Counted from the first letter of the whole stretch, positions 26,127 to 38,066 are shown. The stretch is DNA of 63,152 nucleotides, filler included, from Diploschistes diacapsis (GCA_023645945.1; 7 parts of 7 records of this genome joined end to end with filler, not necessarily neighbours in it); one strand, 5' to 3'. Translations and numbers: made by a program. Notes: a model not told the origin generated them from the sequence alone.

Positions 26127-27560
26127 TGAAACGCCAGCGCAGGTATGGGATACTACACTACCGGGGGCTAAACCTGATCCGAAGGGATTACGTGTAGCTA
26201 AACATCTGTAAATAAAAGGTCTCGATTCGAAAAACTAAAAAAGAAATTATCTAAATAAGAAGATAACAGGAATAAATAGTGTGTAAGTGCCAGCCCTACA
26301 GGGTTCGGGTCCTACTCGTTTACACAGCCACCTCCTAACATCCTTGGCACGGTTGGTACCCGTCATGTGATTCTGGTGGCTTGGTACGCCTGGGATGATC
26401 TGTTTCACTACCCTTTTTTCTAGATGTTTGTATTTCTTACAAACGCGATGATAGCTTTTTTAATCAATATCCATCTCGATCTTTATTTCTTTCGTTAATT
26501 TGTTTAAAAAGATACTTATTATTCTTTCGTAATAGATATTATCGTCTTCTTAAACCTCTTTCAGCGGTATCCTTACTTAAACCTACTTTTAGATTCTATA
26601 GGAAAACGTGATCGTCGTGATAGTCGATATTGTTTTATTTTGAAAACTCGCTCCCGTTTGTAATCCTTGCTAACGTATACTGTCTATCCCTAGGCGTTGT
26701 TAATTATAAAGATTTCACCTTTTCGGGATTTAATTAATAAAATTTCCATAAAATATCGAGAATATTTTCGAAATTAATGGCGGGATCTTAGCTATCGTCG
26801 GGTAATTATTCTATTTAACGTACTTTATATTAAACGTTTATTCCTCGTCCGGGACTTCTTTTGGCGTCGAGGATCTCTTCGAGCTTTTATTCTTTTCCAG
26901 CCTCTATTTCTATCGGGAGTGATCTAAGATGCGTTTATTTTTTTAAAAGTTTTTGCGGGTCTTTTATAAACAGGAACGCGTGAAACGTTTTAAACTATTT
27001 TATCGACGCTAATAAATCCAGTTCGAAGTCGATTTCGCTTATCTTTCGTAAAACGTTATAAAGGCCGTTCTATTTATTATTTAACTTTTTACAGGCCCGG
27101 GTGATTCTGATATTGCGTATATTTAATTAAACCGAGTCGCCGAAATTGATCTTTTTAACGAAGCGACGGTGTTCGTCCGCGTATCGCTTTTATCGTTATT
27201 AAACTAATATTATATATCTTTTAACGAAATCTTAAATATTTTATATGATTTCGGCGATAATATTAACATCTCGGTTACCTATTCTTTCCCGAGCAGTAAC
27301 TCCCTGCTCCGCTATTTTATCGATATCGAAAGACATCCGGGGTTCGTATCCCCTAATAGCGAAAAATAACGAACATCTCGTCGATTCATTTTCAGCCGCG
27401 TTAATAACAAATTCTGTTATGGGTAACAATCTTCCCCAATCCTTCTGCGAGTAGTAGACGAAGGTTCGTAAATATCGTTCTATTTTTTTATTAATATTTT
27501 TAATCTATTCGTCCGTTTGTAAATAAAAGGCCGTCGATAGCTTAAAACGGATATATAATA
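26127..27560 (-). mobile_element. Second Gypsy chromovirus (family B) inserted in opposite orientation: 3' LTR 26127-26407, PPT, chromodomain, integrase C-terminus
   Basis: LTR bounded by TGAAAC...GTTTCA, with a purine tract (GAAAAAAGGGTAG on the minus strand) next to it. Minus strand reads LEEILDAKR..*YKVR*..PDDS*DPAINFEN (chromodomain) and LPITEFVIN..FFAIRGYEPR (integrase). Confidence 0.85.
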
Positions 27561-27788
27561 TCTCGTATAGATACTATTATAATAATAATATACCGCTTAT
27601 TAAAAGAAAGGTATTATATCTTTTATAAAATAAGAAATAAGGGTATAAAAGCTAAAGTAATGGTCTGGTTATTTTATAAATATATATGNNNNNNNNNNNN
27701 NNNNNNNNNNNNNNNNNNNNNNNNNNNNNNNNTTAATTAATTAANNNNNNNNNNNNNNNNNNNNNNNNNNNNNNNNNNNNNNNNNNNN

Positions 27789-29684
27789 TATCACATATAG
27801 ATAGATCGAGTTGTGAGAATTCATAGATAACTTATCTAAAAAAAATCATCAGCGATAAGGACAAGCTCTTTACCTCGGGATATTAGAAAATCATGATGGA
27901 AGCGTTCGGCACGAAACTGAAACATTTAAACGCTTATTATTTATAAATAGATGGTTAAATAAAAAGAATAAATTAGATTCTCGAATAATATTTACGGCAT
28001 TACGTCAATTAGAATATGGACAATTAGGTTAAACTATTATCGAACGCCGAATACTATCTTAACAACAGATACAGAGAAGTTAAGAAGATTCAGAATATAT
28101 AATCACTTAATAATAAGATATTAGAAAATGCTAAGAGATTAGCGATCTTAAGGAAGAATCTTTAGTTAAAAAAGGGAGATAAGGTTTATTTATATACGGA
28201 TAATTTCAGGACACGTAAATCCTTTAAGAAATTAGATCACGTCAAAATCGGACCCTTCTTTATCAATAAACAACCCGTCGTGCTAAACGAAATTAAACGA
28301 ATTATCTACCGATTCAAGTTACTAAAGGACGCGAAAATTTATTCAATGTTTTACTTATAATACCTCGAACCTATATATCTAAATATATCGTTATAAGAAA
28401 CCTTTTATTTCGAATTAGATAACGAAAACGAATACGAAATCAAGAAGATTCTGGATAATAACCCTAAAAGGTTTCTTATCAAATGGAAAGAGTACCCGCC
28501 GGAATAGAACACGTAAGAATCTATCAAGAATTTATAAAAGATAAAAAAAAGAAAGTTAGGCTTAAAAGGCCACTAACGAAAGAAAAACATATATACGATA
28601 TTTTTTATATTATATTTATATTTTCGAGGACTTCGATAATAAATTAAGGGTCGAATAATTTTATTTAAAGGTTCGTTAATGCGAAAGTATTTTTTATTGA
28701 TAAATTTTCGCCGTCGTCTTTTAATTATTAAATAAAATAACGAGTCTTCGTGATCGTTTCCTTCTACGTTAATTCTTGAACCTTACGTTTTCTATCAATT
28801 CTTATTTATATCTTAAAAAGTTCTTTAAATTTCTAATCGCGATCCCGTTTTAAAGATAATAATTTCGTAGTTTATTAATTACGGATCCTGTCCAACGAAA
28901 ACTACGAGCGAAAGAAATAAGGTCTTTTTAAACGGATATATTCAAAACATTTATTAGAATCAACGTCAATACCAGAAGGAATTATGAAGTAAAAATGATC
29001 GGAAACTAAATAAGAATCATAGATTATTTTAAGAAAATATCGAAGGGATTCGATTTTATTGGCGAGACGGAAACGTTTTTTTTTTTTATTGCGATATATG
29101 ATTTTGCGTTAACGACGAGTTGAAGGATCTATTGTCGAGAAACGGGAAGAAAATTAATTTCGTTTATATAATTAGATCTTTCGGTTTATTGTCGGGCCGA
29201 CAATTCCGAAGGAGGGGGATAATATTACGATCTAGGTTACTGGCCTATCACGTTCTAATTACTTACTAAAAAACACTCACTGACGTTCGGGTCACGTGAG
29301 TTGTTGGAACGAGCGGCGCCGTTTTATGCGCTCGGTAGGAGCAATGGGCGGCGCTCTTTCTATTTTATGAAAGCTATTATCGGCGCTTCCTTCGCTTTGG
29401 TAAAGCATAGGAAGCTGGCGTTGGTGTTTTATAGGAAACTTAGATATATAATCTTTTTTTTAGACATACCTTTATTCGGTATATTTATTTTTATAAACAT
29501 CTTAAATTATTATTCGGGATTAATTTATATTCGTTACTTCTATCACCTTAGAGCCTTCTTTCTAGAGATAGTCTAAAACCTATGATTGTTCTATCTTCTT
29601 TTCCTGCCATACTCCTCTTCTAACAGAGACCAAACCTATCTTGATCCTACTCGTGTATACCTTGTATAGATAGAGATCATAACA
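27789..29684 (+). mobile_element. RIP-degraded Gypsy family A copy 2: partial integrase, chromodomain, antisense ORF, PPT (29208-29219) and 3' LTR (29223-29684)
   Basis: KKLDHVKIGPFFI (GPF motif), ENEYEIKKILD..FLIKWKEYP, PPT gaaggaggggga, LTR T(G>A)TTACGATC...GAGATCATAACA. Confidence 0.92.
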
Positions 29685-30250
29685 GTACATTCCACGTTAT
29701 AATAATTTAATAATTCATAATCGTAGGCTAGCCGTAATAATTCCGATTTAATATCGTCGTTCTTTAAAATATATATACGGTTCTTATAATAAAGCAACCT
29801 TATATTATTAAAATATTATATCTTTTTAACTGCGACACCAGAACGGCTGAATTACGAGATAAATTTATTATTCTTCTTAATAAAATCGTTAGCTATATAT
29901 AAGATACGTATTAAGTCGAATAGTTTCCCCGTCAATAAGACATCGATAGATTCCCGTCTCGTGATATCTTTCACGAATACTCGCGGAATAAATAAATATT
30001 CTACTATTAATTTTTTTTAAATAAGCAGCGTTTCAGCTGACCTACGATAAATTTACGATATTCAACTGTCTTTCTCGCCCTTCGGGTTTTTTAGTCTAGA
30101 TATATTATTCGAGGCTGATAATACTCTATCCGAACCCTTCCGAATAAATAATATTTTTATTAACTTACGATAAACCTGCGGCGTCTCGCCGTCGTCCTTA
30201 TTTTCCGGGTTTTCTAATCTAGACATTTTAAAGATTAATAACATTATATC
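29685..30250 (-). mobile_element. RIP-degraded Gypsy pol fragment (RNase H end to integrase Zn-binding region), host of the family A insertion
   Basis: Minus strand reads RKGSD..SR then LLYYKNRIYILKNDDIKSELLRLAYDYE, consistent with a RIP-mutated LRLAHDH. Confidence 0.7.
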
Positions 30251-30350
30251 NNNNNNNNNNNNNNNNNNNNNNNNNNNNNNNNNNNNNNNNNNNNTTAATT
30301 AATTAANNNNNNNNNNNNNNNNNNNNNNNNNNNNNNNNNNNNNNNNNNNN

Positions 30351-30791
30351 AATCCCTACACCTTCGTAAAATGTAGTTGAAAACAGATTTAGTTTCGTAC
30401 AAATAATTTTATACGTGGTTGTGATGCTCAAAAGCTCGCTTAAAACCATCTAGCGCATTTGCATTATAATGTAGTGAACCGCTTTGTGGGGTGATCCGTT
30501 ATGTGGTGGAACACGTTAACGTGTTTCACCAGGAAACGGGGTCACCCCACGAAGCGGGTCACAATCCTTGCACCTTCGTAGAACGTAGTTGAAAACAGAT
30601 TTAGTTTCGTACAAATAATTTTATGTGTGGTTGTGGGGCTCAAAAGCTCGCTTAAAACTATCTAACGCTTCCATATTTGTACGAAGCTAAATCTGTTCTC
30701 AACTACACTACCCCGTTCTTCGGCCTTTTTTTGATTACATTATATGTAGTGTTCCGCTTCGTGGGGTGTTCCGTTTCGTGGTGAATCACGT
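30351..30791. repeat. Composite direct/inverted (foldback, MITE-like) repeat
   Basis: ~100-bp direct repeat at 30351 and 30563, an inverted copy of its core at 30675-30706, and an imperfect palindrome with ~45-bp arms centred on GTTAAC (~30515-30520); one arm recurs at ~30748. Confidence 0.8.
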
Positions 30792-31081
30792 TACTGCTTT
30801 TTTCAATTATGACATTAGTAAGTACTCGAGTTTCTGGAACATACTTTATCCGCATGTTTATGCTTAGGGGAATAATAATGTTTCCGGATAATCTTTTACT
30901 GATGAATACGTAAACGTTCATGAATAAATGCTTGAGTATTTATTCAAGCATTTCTTCAGTATTGGATACTGAGTACACTCAAAAGTATTTGAGTATCGTA
31001 CTCGTCATCACAACTGCCTGAAGGAGAGCAAATCTCCACTCCTGACTTGACAATCTCGCCGGGGCGGCACATTCATTGAAA

Positions 31082-32812
31082 ATGGCTCCACTGCTTCTTG
31101 AAGAACGGTCAACTCCACTAGCAGGAAGAGGCTTGTTCACGGCCAGAGAGATTCAGCCATGTTCTCTCCTCTTAGAAGATAAGGAGCCCTTCGTGGCGGT
31201 ATTGGACTCGCCTCTGCTTACAAAGGCATGTGCCTGGTGCTTCGTCTATCTAGAGGAAGCAAACCCTGAAGATGGAGTGAAGCTGAGCGTATGTAGTGGA
31301 TGCAAAATCCTCAGATACTGCAGCAAGGTAAGGGATGGAGCTCTCGTGGTATTTCATTGAAGGGTTACACTGTTGACATTGGCCCATTGCCGCAAGTTCA
31401 TTGTCAATCTAGATGCTTGAGTGATCAGATGCCGCGCTTCAAACGGACACGCTGGTTACCATGTATAGTCGTGTATCTTAACATCAAGCGTCCAAATCCA
31501 CCTGACCGTCTTTGTCTAGGCGTGCCAATCGACCTCATGGAAGCACTCCCACAAGTACGAGTGCAGAATCTATAAGAATCTCTATCCGCAGGTCCTCCCG
31601 AACACAGCTCGAATGATTTTGCAAGTCCTGCTCAAACAGCAGCACAATGCTATATCCAAAGAAGACTGGGTTCAATTCCTCAAGCTGCAGCACCACATGG
31701 GCAAGATCCAGGAGAGGGCCTCCAAAGGAAATGAATACTTAAAGGATACCATGCAGAACCTTCAGCTTATGGCTCGAGCCGGCAAGGAGTACTCGGGCTC
31801 TAATGAGAGTCAAGCCCTCGTCGAAACCCTCGTCGGGCGGCTTCTAACAAACACGCAAACTCTTACGACACCCCTCTTCACCCCACTGGGCCTCGTCCTC
31901 TCCCTCCGAACCTCGCTCCTCAACCACTCCTGCGCCCCTAATACAGCAATGACTTACTCCCACCGCACCATCTCCCTTCGCGCCTTGCGCCCTCTCCCAA
32001 AAGACACCGAACTAACGATCTCTTACATTGACACTACTCTCCCCCTTTCCACCCGCCTCTCCGAGCTCCAAAACAGATACCATTTCACCTGCGCCTGCCC
32101 GCAATGCTCCTCCTCCAAAACCCTCAACCATCCGGACCCACACCTAGCGCTCGGCCCACTGACCACGAACCCCTCCCTCCGCACAGAACTAGGCCTCCAA
32201 GTCTCAGAACTTCTCGCACGCGCCCGAACGCTCTCGCCACGAGACTCTCTCGCTCCCCTCGCCAAAGCCTACCAGCTCTTCAAGTCCCACCCCACCTTCC
32301 CTCCATTCCTGTCTCCGCTACAACAAGTCCGTCTTGACCTTACAATAGCCCTCATGGCAAACGGGCACTGGACACCCGCGCTAATCCAGAGCCTGATAAC
32401 GCGCTACCACTCCGACCCGATCCTCTACCCAGAAGCCCACCACCCCGCGCGCGTAGCCCGCGCCTGGGTCCATGCCCGGCTAGCGGGCCAAGTAGGCCAC
32501 GCCGCAAACGGTGCCCCCTCTTCGTCCGGCCCTGGCAGTGCCAACCCTGAGCCCGACATCGGCGACGAGGAGGTCGAAGCTGCGCGCGCGCTGTCGGTTA
32601 GGTTCAGGCTCGACTGGGGCGGCGTGGTGTGGGCGCTAGTCAGCGAGGTGAGCGGGAAGATTCTTAAGAGTCATGGTGTGGAGAGTAGGTTGAGCAGGGA
32701 GGTGGGGAGGGAAATGGGAAGGCTGAGGGAGGAGGTCAGGATGAGAGGCGGGTCGGAGCCGGGGAGTTGGGAGGTGGAGAGGGTGGAGGAGGCGCTGAAG
32801 GAGGTGGGGAGC
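31082..32812 (+). CDS. SET and MYND domain protein (SMYD-like lysine methyltransferase), 3' end cut by the contig end
   Basis: GRGLF, CAWC..CSGC..YCSK|ACQ..W..HKYEC (MYND, intron 31328-31519), LNHSCAPN, ELTISYID, post-SET FTCACPQC. Confidence 0.93.
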
Positions 32813-32912
32813 NNNNNNNNNNNNNNNNNNNNNNNNNNNNNNNNNNNNNNNNNNNNTTAATTAATTAANNNNNNNNNNNNNNNNNNNNNNNNNNNNNNNN
32901 NNNNNNNNNNNN

Positions 32913-33124
32913 TCTTAATATATTTATTTTTATAAATAGTTTTAATTAAAGTTCGGGATTAATTTATATTCGTTACCTTTATTATCTTAAAACTATCTTT
33001 TAGAAATTAGTATAGAGCTATAATAGATCTACTACTTCTTCTTATTTACACTCTTCTTCAACCGAGACCAAACTTACCTTGATCTAGACCTCGTGTCTAC
33101 GTTGTAGAGATAGAGATCATAACA
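32913..33124 (+). mobile_element. 3' part of a family A LTR
   Basis: Matches ~29475-29684 and ends GAGATCATAACA. Confidence 0.85.
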
Positions 33125-34448
33125 TAAAGCTATTTAAATTTCTAAATATTCAGTCAAATTGCATGAGTAGGGGTGTAGGGATACAATGTTATTAAAAAAA
33201 AGCAGGGGTTTGAGAGTGTAACCTTTGATATAATGTTTTTTAGGCATTAATCAAGGACAAGGGGTTTGGGGATGCAATCCCCACAATAAAAGAAAGGCAG
33301 GGGTTTGGGGGTGCAACTCCCAATAATCTATCCAGTTTTTAAGCCTAGATTTTGTTGAAAGTGGAAGTAGGATGACTAAATAGGCAAGTAATGACTAGGG
33401 GAATAACTGCTGAATACAATAATAATGCTTTATTATTGTAGGAGGTAATAAATGAAGATGAAGATTAACTTGATGGAGATGAAGACTAAACGCTATAAAT
33501 GATGGGAGATGAAAGATGTTTTATAGATACTTTCACCTGATTATTACTAGTAATCAATATCACCTCATAATCTCCGATAATGTTAGATCTCCTAATCCAA
33601 CATTGTTTGTCCCACAATCCAGCATCCATGGACCAAAACATTGGATCTAATTATCCAACATTTATTGGATCCATGGTCCAAATATTATTGGATCATTAAT
33701 TCAATAATCCAATATCCTTTCTAGTAGCTTAGTAGGACGATCGATCATTGCTAGTAGGTCAATAATGTTGTATAAGGTCTAGACCAATCTAGAACCTTCG
33801 GGTCCACTAGTTGCTTCGTCAGATAAACTAACCCATGTAGGTTAATAATCTGACAGATTTTTTACCTAATACTTACTGCTTCGCTTAGGAACTTGGAGGC
33901 TACTTGCTCTGAAGCATCTCTCGAGCTCTTTGTGTGGGCCCTGCCTGTTCTCGTGCGTCCAGCCGTGTTTCAGTGCGATGTCAGCCTCTCCTGAGACTCA
34001 CCGCCTAGCCAGGTAGGGACTTAAGACACGGTACGTCAAAGGAATATAGGATTCAAAAGGCGCGGGAAATCGCGATCCCAAGACTCTTGATGCGTGCATG
34101 TTCCGCCTCACTCCAAGGACTCTAGGGCTAACCCTCCCTAGAGGTACTACACATCTGTCAGGGACGCCGGATGTGACCCTATCAAGCTTTCCGCATGGCG
34201 CCCGAGACTCGGAATGAATGCAGGCTCGAAAGGAGTACAAGTAGCTCCGGTCGTCCCGTTCGATGAGGGTTCTGTACCCAGGCCGTCAAACCCCTACAAT
34301 TCATCCCAAGTTAAACTCAACACCCTTTGTGCCAATCATTCGTCCCGAGTTCATCCTAAATCGAGCTCGACACTTTCTCTTCTCCTCTCCTCTATTCTAC
34401 CATCCGTCCATTCAACCAGACTCGGCCTTTCTTCCTGTTACAATCGAA

Positions 34449-34715
34449 ATGCAATTCCGCTTGGCTCTCCTCCTCTCCGCCGCGGCTGCCGTCGCGAGCG
34501 TCGCTTCCCTCCCCAGCGCCAACAACGATCTTCTGGTCGCTCGCGCTTGTCCGGCGGCTGGCGCCTCCTGTTCATTGTGTCCCAACGAGGTGGCGGGCTG
34601 CGAGGTTGACGTTGCGCGTGTAAATACCTGCGTGTGCACGGGCTGCAACGTTGCGTGTATCCGCTATCATTGGTGGCAAAGGGGAATGAAGAAGCTTAGG
34701 AGCAAGCATGTGTAG
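34449..34715 (+). CDS. Small secreted Cys-rich peptide (88 aa precursor, 8 Cys)
   Basis: MQFRLALLLSAAAAVASVAS signal, short pro-peptide ending LVAR, Cys-rich core, cationic tail. Confidence 0.7.
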   Translation: MQFRLALLLSAAAAVASVASLPSANNDLLVARACPAAGASCSLCPNEVAGCEVDVARVNTCVCTGCNVACIRYHWWQRGMKKLRSKHV

Positions 34716-36104
34716 ACGAGGGGAGGGATGGGGCCGGAATGGCGGCTTGAACGTGGATGGGATGGGATAGGGTAGGGGTGGAGATGTTGGTAGAGGCTGT
34801 AGTGCAGACTGCAAATCAATATTTCCGATATTTATATCATGAGCATCAGTGAGACTATCATGTTGTTAGGAGTCTAAAAGCCTGCAGTCTTTAGGTGACA
34901 CGTTCAATCATCAATGTTGCGAGGAGAAGTTACTGGTGCCGAGTCAATCCCTCTATTCACGGTCTCCGAAGCAATGCGGCGAGTCTATCTCGGAGGAACG
35001 CTCAACCTGAACAAAGTACTGTACGAAACCAAGTATCGACAGGCGTAGATCAGCTCAAGCACGGCGGATGTCCCACTTCATATCCTTGATACTGACCTCC
35101 TCGCCACTCTTCTCATCATAATCGTACCAATCGCCCTGATCCAAGTCAATGCCCGAGAACTTCGTAGAGGACTCGGATCCCGTCGCGGTCCATTCACCAC
35201 CCTATTCGACTCGTCAATCCAAAAAGCACACGGTTTGCGAAGCCAAAAAAAAAAAAAAAAACCCATACATCCGGCTTGAACTCCACAAACTCGAGTCCAC
35301 GGCAGTCGATCCGGACAAGCCGCTGCGGCTTGGGCGGCGACTCCTGCACATATTTGCCCGGCGCGTCCACGATGCTGGCCGTAGATTCACGCTGCAAACA
35401 GCCATGAGCACAACGCTCCTCCTCCTCGTGAAAAGGAACCACAAAAAAAACCCCCAAAAAAAATAAACAAGCCAAGACAGCGAACCTTGCACACCTTGCA
35501 CCTCCACACGAAATTGGCCTCGCCCCGACTCCCCGAAATCTCGTTGGAATCCTACAGCGGACGTCTCAACTCGCCGTCTCACTCGAGCAGGGGGGGGAGC
35601 ATGGCATTTTATTTTATTTTTCGTACATGGCGGCTGATCCCGACCCAGTTCGGATGCACTTCGCGGCAGGACGTGCACTGGACTTTGAAAGTGTAGTAGT
35701 AAGGGCTGTCTGGCGTGTCGACGGGCTCGAGGTTCGTCACGCTAGGGATTTGATGAGCGAAGCGCTTCATGGGGAACTTTGGTCGCACCCGTTCAGATCG
35801 GCTGTCAGAGCGAGGGCGTACATCTTTCTTATTTTCGAGGGGGTTGTGTGGGCTCGTGGGTTGTTGGGAGGTTTTTTTGGTGTAGAGAGCTTTTCGAGAT
35901 TCTTACGAAGCCGTTGAGGTCAAGAGTGTCCTTTACTGGCATCGGAGAATGGTTAATCCGATACTCGCCCTGGCGCACCACTGGCTGAGGTTTCCTCCCG
36001 AAACACATGGACTCCCCGCAGAAGGGATCTTGCCCAGCATCTTATATGCCCATAGAAATCTCTTTATTATATCTTTACAAAGGTGCCCAAGATAATCTTC
36101 TAGC

Positions 36105-38066
36105 CTAGACACCAATCTCGTCCGCGATAGAGTTGATGAACTCGCATCTCTCCAGGATCTGCTCCCACTCCAGCGCCTTTACCCGCTCATCGGCATCTCC
36201 TTCTACACTGTGCGCCGCTCCCTTCCGCATAACCTTCGCACTTCCCGTTCCCACTGGACCACCGATCACATTGATAGTGGCCTCGTCAGGATAATCCCTT
36301 TCCGTAATCCTCTCGTAAGCAGGTGGCCAGTCGCTTAGCACGTTCTTGCTCTGCGACTGTGTCGGATCGCCTGAGTAAGCGAACGCAGCGATGCTACTAC
36401 TGAGCTGGGCCGCAAGGCGTTTCTGCTCAGCGCTGTTGTCGCCACCTCCCGCGACATGGTTATTAAGTGCGTACGGTATGTCGGACAGATGGCTGACGCG
36501 CCAGAAGGGGACGCCAATCGTGTCGAAGACGGGGCCGAAGCGTGTTTGGTTCATTTCGTATATGCGAACGTTATTCGAGGGCGCGGAGCCGTGTTTCGCG
36601 TACTGCCATGTGAAGTCAAGGACCGGGCAGGTGAACCACATGTCGCGGTTGATCTGTGCCGCACGATAGTAGTGCGGGGACAAAGAGGATCCAGGAGGGA
36701 CCATGTGCTCAAATTCCGAGGCAGGATAGACGGCGAGGAACTTTTCTAGGGATTGATGGGAGAAATTAGCAATAAAGGTCGAAAAGCTGGCCAGGACGGA
36801 AGCGTCATCTGAGGTACTAGGAGGAGGATACCAGGCGCCATCGTTGGCGACCCATGAGGCTATCAGGGGTATGCCTGGAGGAGTATCAGCACCCTTAATA
36901 AACGGACAGTAACCGTAGTTGCGATTCCCTTATCGGAAAGCCAAGTTCTTCCCGAATCGCCTATCTACTGACTTACCTTTGACGAAGTTGCCAGATCGAA
37001 GTGATAGTGATGGCCTTTCCATGATATAGTCTGCATCGTAGCTCGGGTAAAACGATAGCTCCCCAAAAGGTGGTCTCAATTGGCGTGAATAAGCAACTGA
37101 TACATTCATAAGCTTCTCCATTGGCACTTCTTGTAAGCAGGCGATGGTCGCTCTGGAGTCGGGATCTGACTTAATACAGTCCAGCGACCTAGCCACCGTT
37201 GCGGTGTTGTTTGCTACGAGATCGCTGTTAACATTGAAATTGAGCCCACTCGCTCCGGACATCATGATCGCCTTTTGGAAAGGGACGCCCCGGATTCCCT
37301 TGTAGGAAGTCAGGTGTAGACCGATGGAACTAGCTCCAACGCTCTGGCCCATGGCTACGATGTTGTCCGGATCTCCTCCGAATGCTCCAATGTTGTCGTG
37401 TATCCATTCGAAAGCAGCATGTTGGTCTCTCAAGCCACTGTTTCCGTGTTTCGATTTCCGTAGCGCGCCATTAGCAGCGAAGCCAAACATTCCCAGTCGG
37501 TAGTTGATGCCCACAAATACGATGGGCTGGCCGTTCCGAGACGCCTGGCGAACCAGACCTCCGTGATCGTAGAGTTGGTCGTACGTGGTGCCGAGGGCAA
37601 AGCCTCCTCCATGGATCCAGACAACCACCGGCAGCTTCGCTCCAGCCGCTGTTCCATGCGGACGGGTGATCCGTAGGCTTAGGCAGTTTTCACTGATATT
37701 TGTGACAGGACTAGTGAAAGGGAAAGCGGCATCTCCTAAGCCCTGTGGGCAGACTGCTCCTGGGGCCGTAGCGTCAACCAGCGTACCGGTAGGCAAATAA
37801 AGCCGTCTGGGTGGGGCAAATCGGTTTGGGCCTGAGGTATCGTCTGCGTAGAAGATATTGAAGAAATTGTCGTTTCCGTTCGAGACAACGCCCTGATAGG
37901 AGATACCCGTAATTTCATCTCTCACCAGTGCCACGTAGACAGAGTTGAGATAGGGGAGGTTACGTATACAGTATTGCCAGATCCCGCTCGGGATGAAGAG
38001 TAGAACCGGGAGGAGTAGGAAGCCGAATAACAAGGGTTGTTGAAGGATACCTAAGCTTGGAGGCAT
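36105..38066 (-). CDS. Type B carboxylesterase/lipase with hydrophobic N-terminal segment, 2 exons
   Basis: SENCLSL, VWIHGGGF, NYRLG, FGGDP, GQSVG nucleophile elbow, SHLSDI. Intron 36875-36976. Confidence 0.92.

Noticed and set aside
30351..30791. CRISPR-like array
   Set aside because: Eukaryotic context with only two or three long degenerate units and no regular repeat-spacer period.
703..34715. KEX2 clustered with a processed secreted peptide as a RiPP-like or toxin system
   Set aside because: They lie on different contigs joined artificially, and no repeated core-peptide precursor or DUF3328-type gene is seen.
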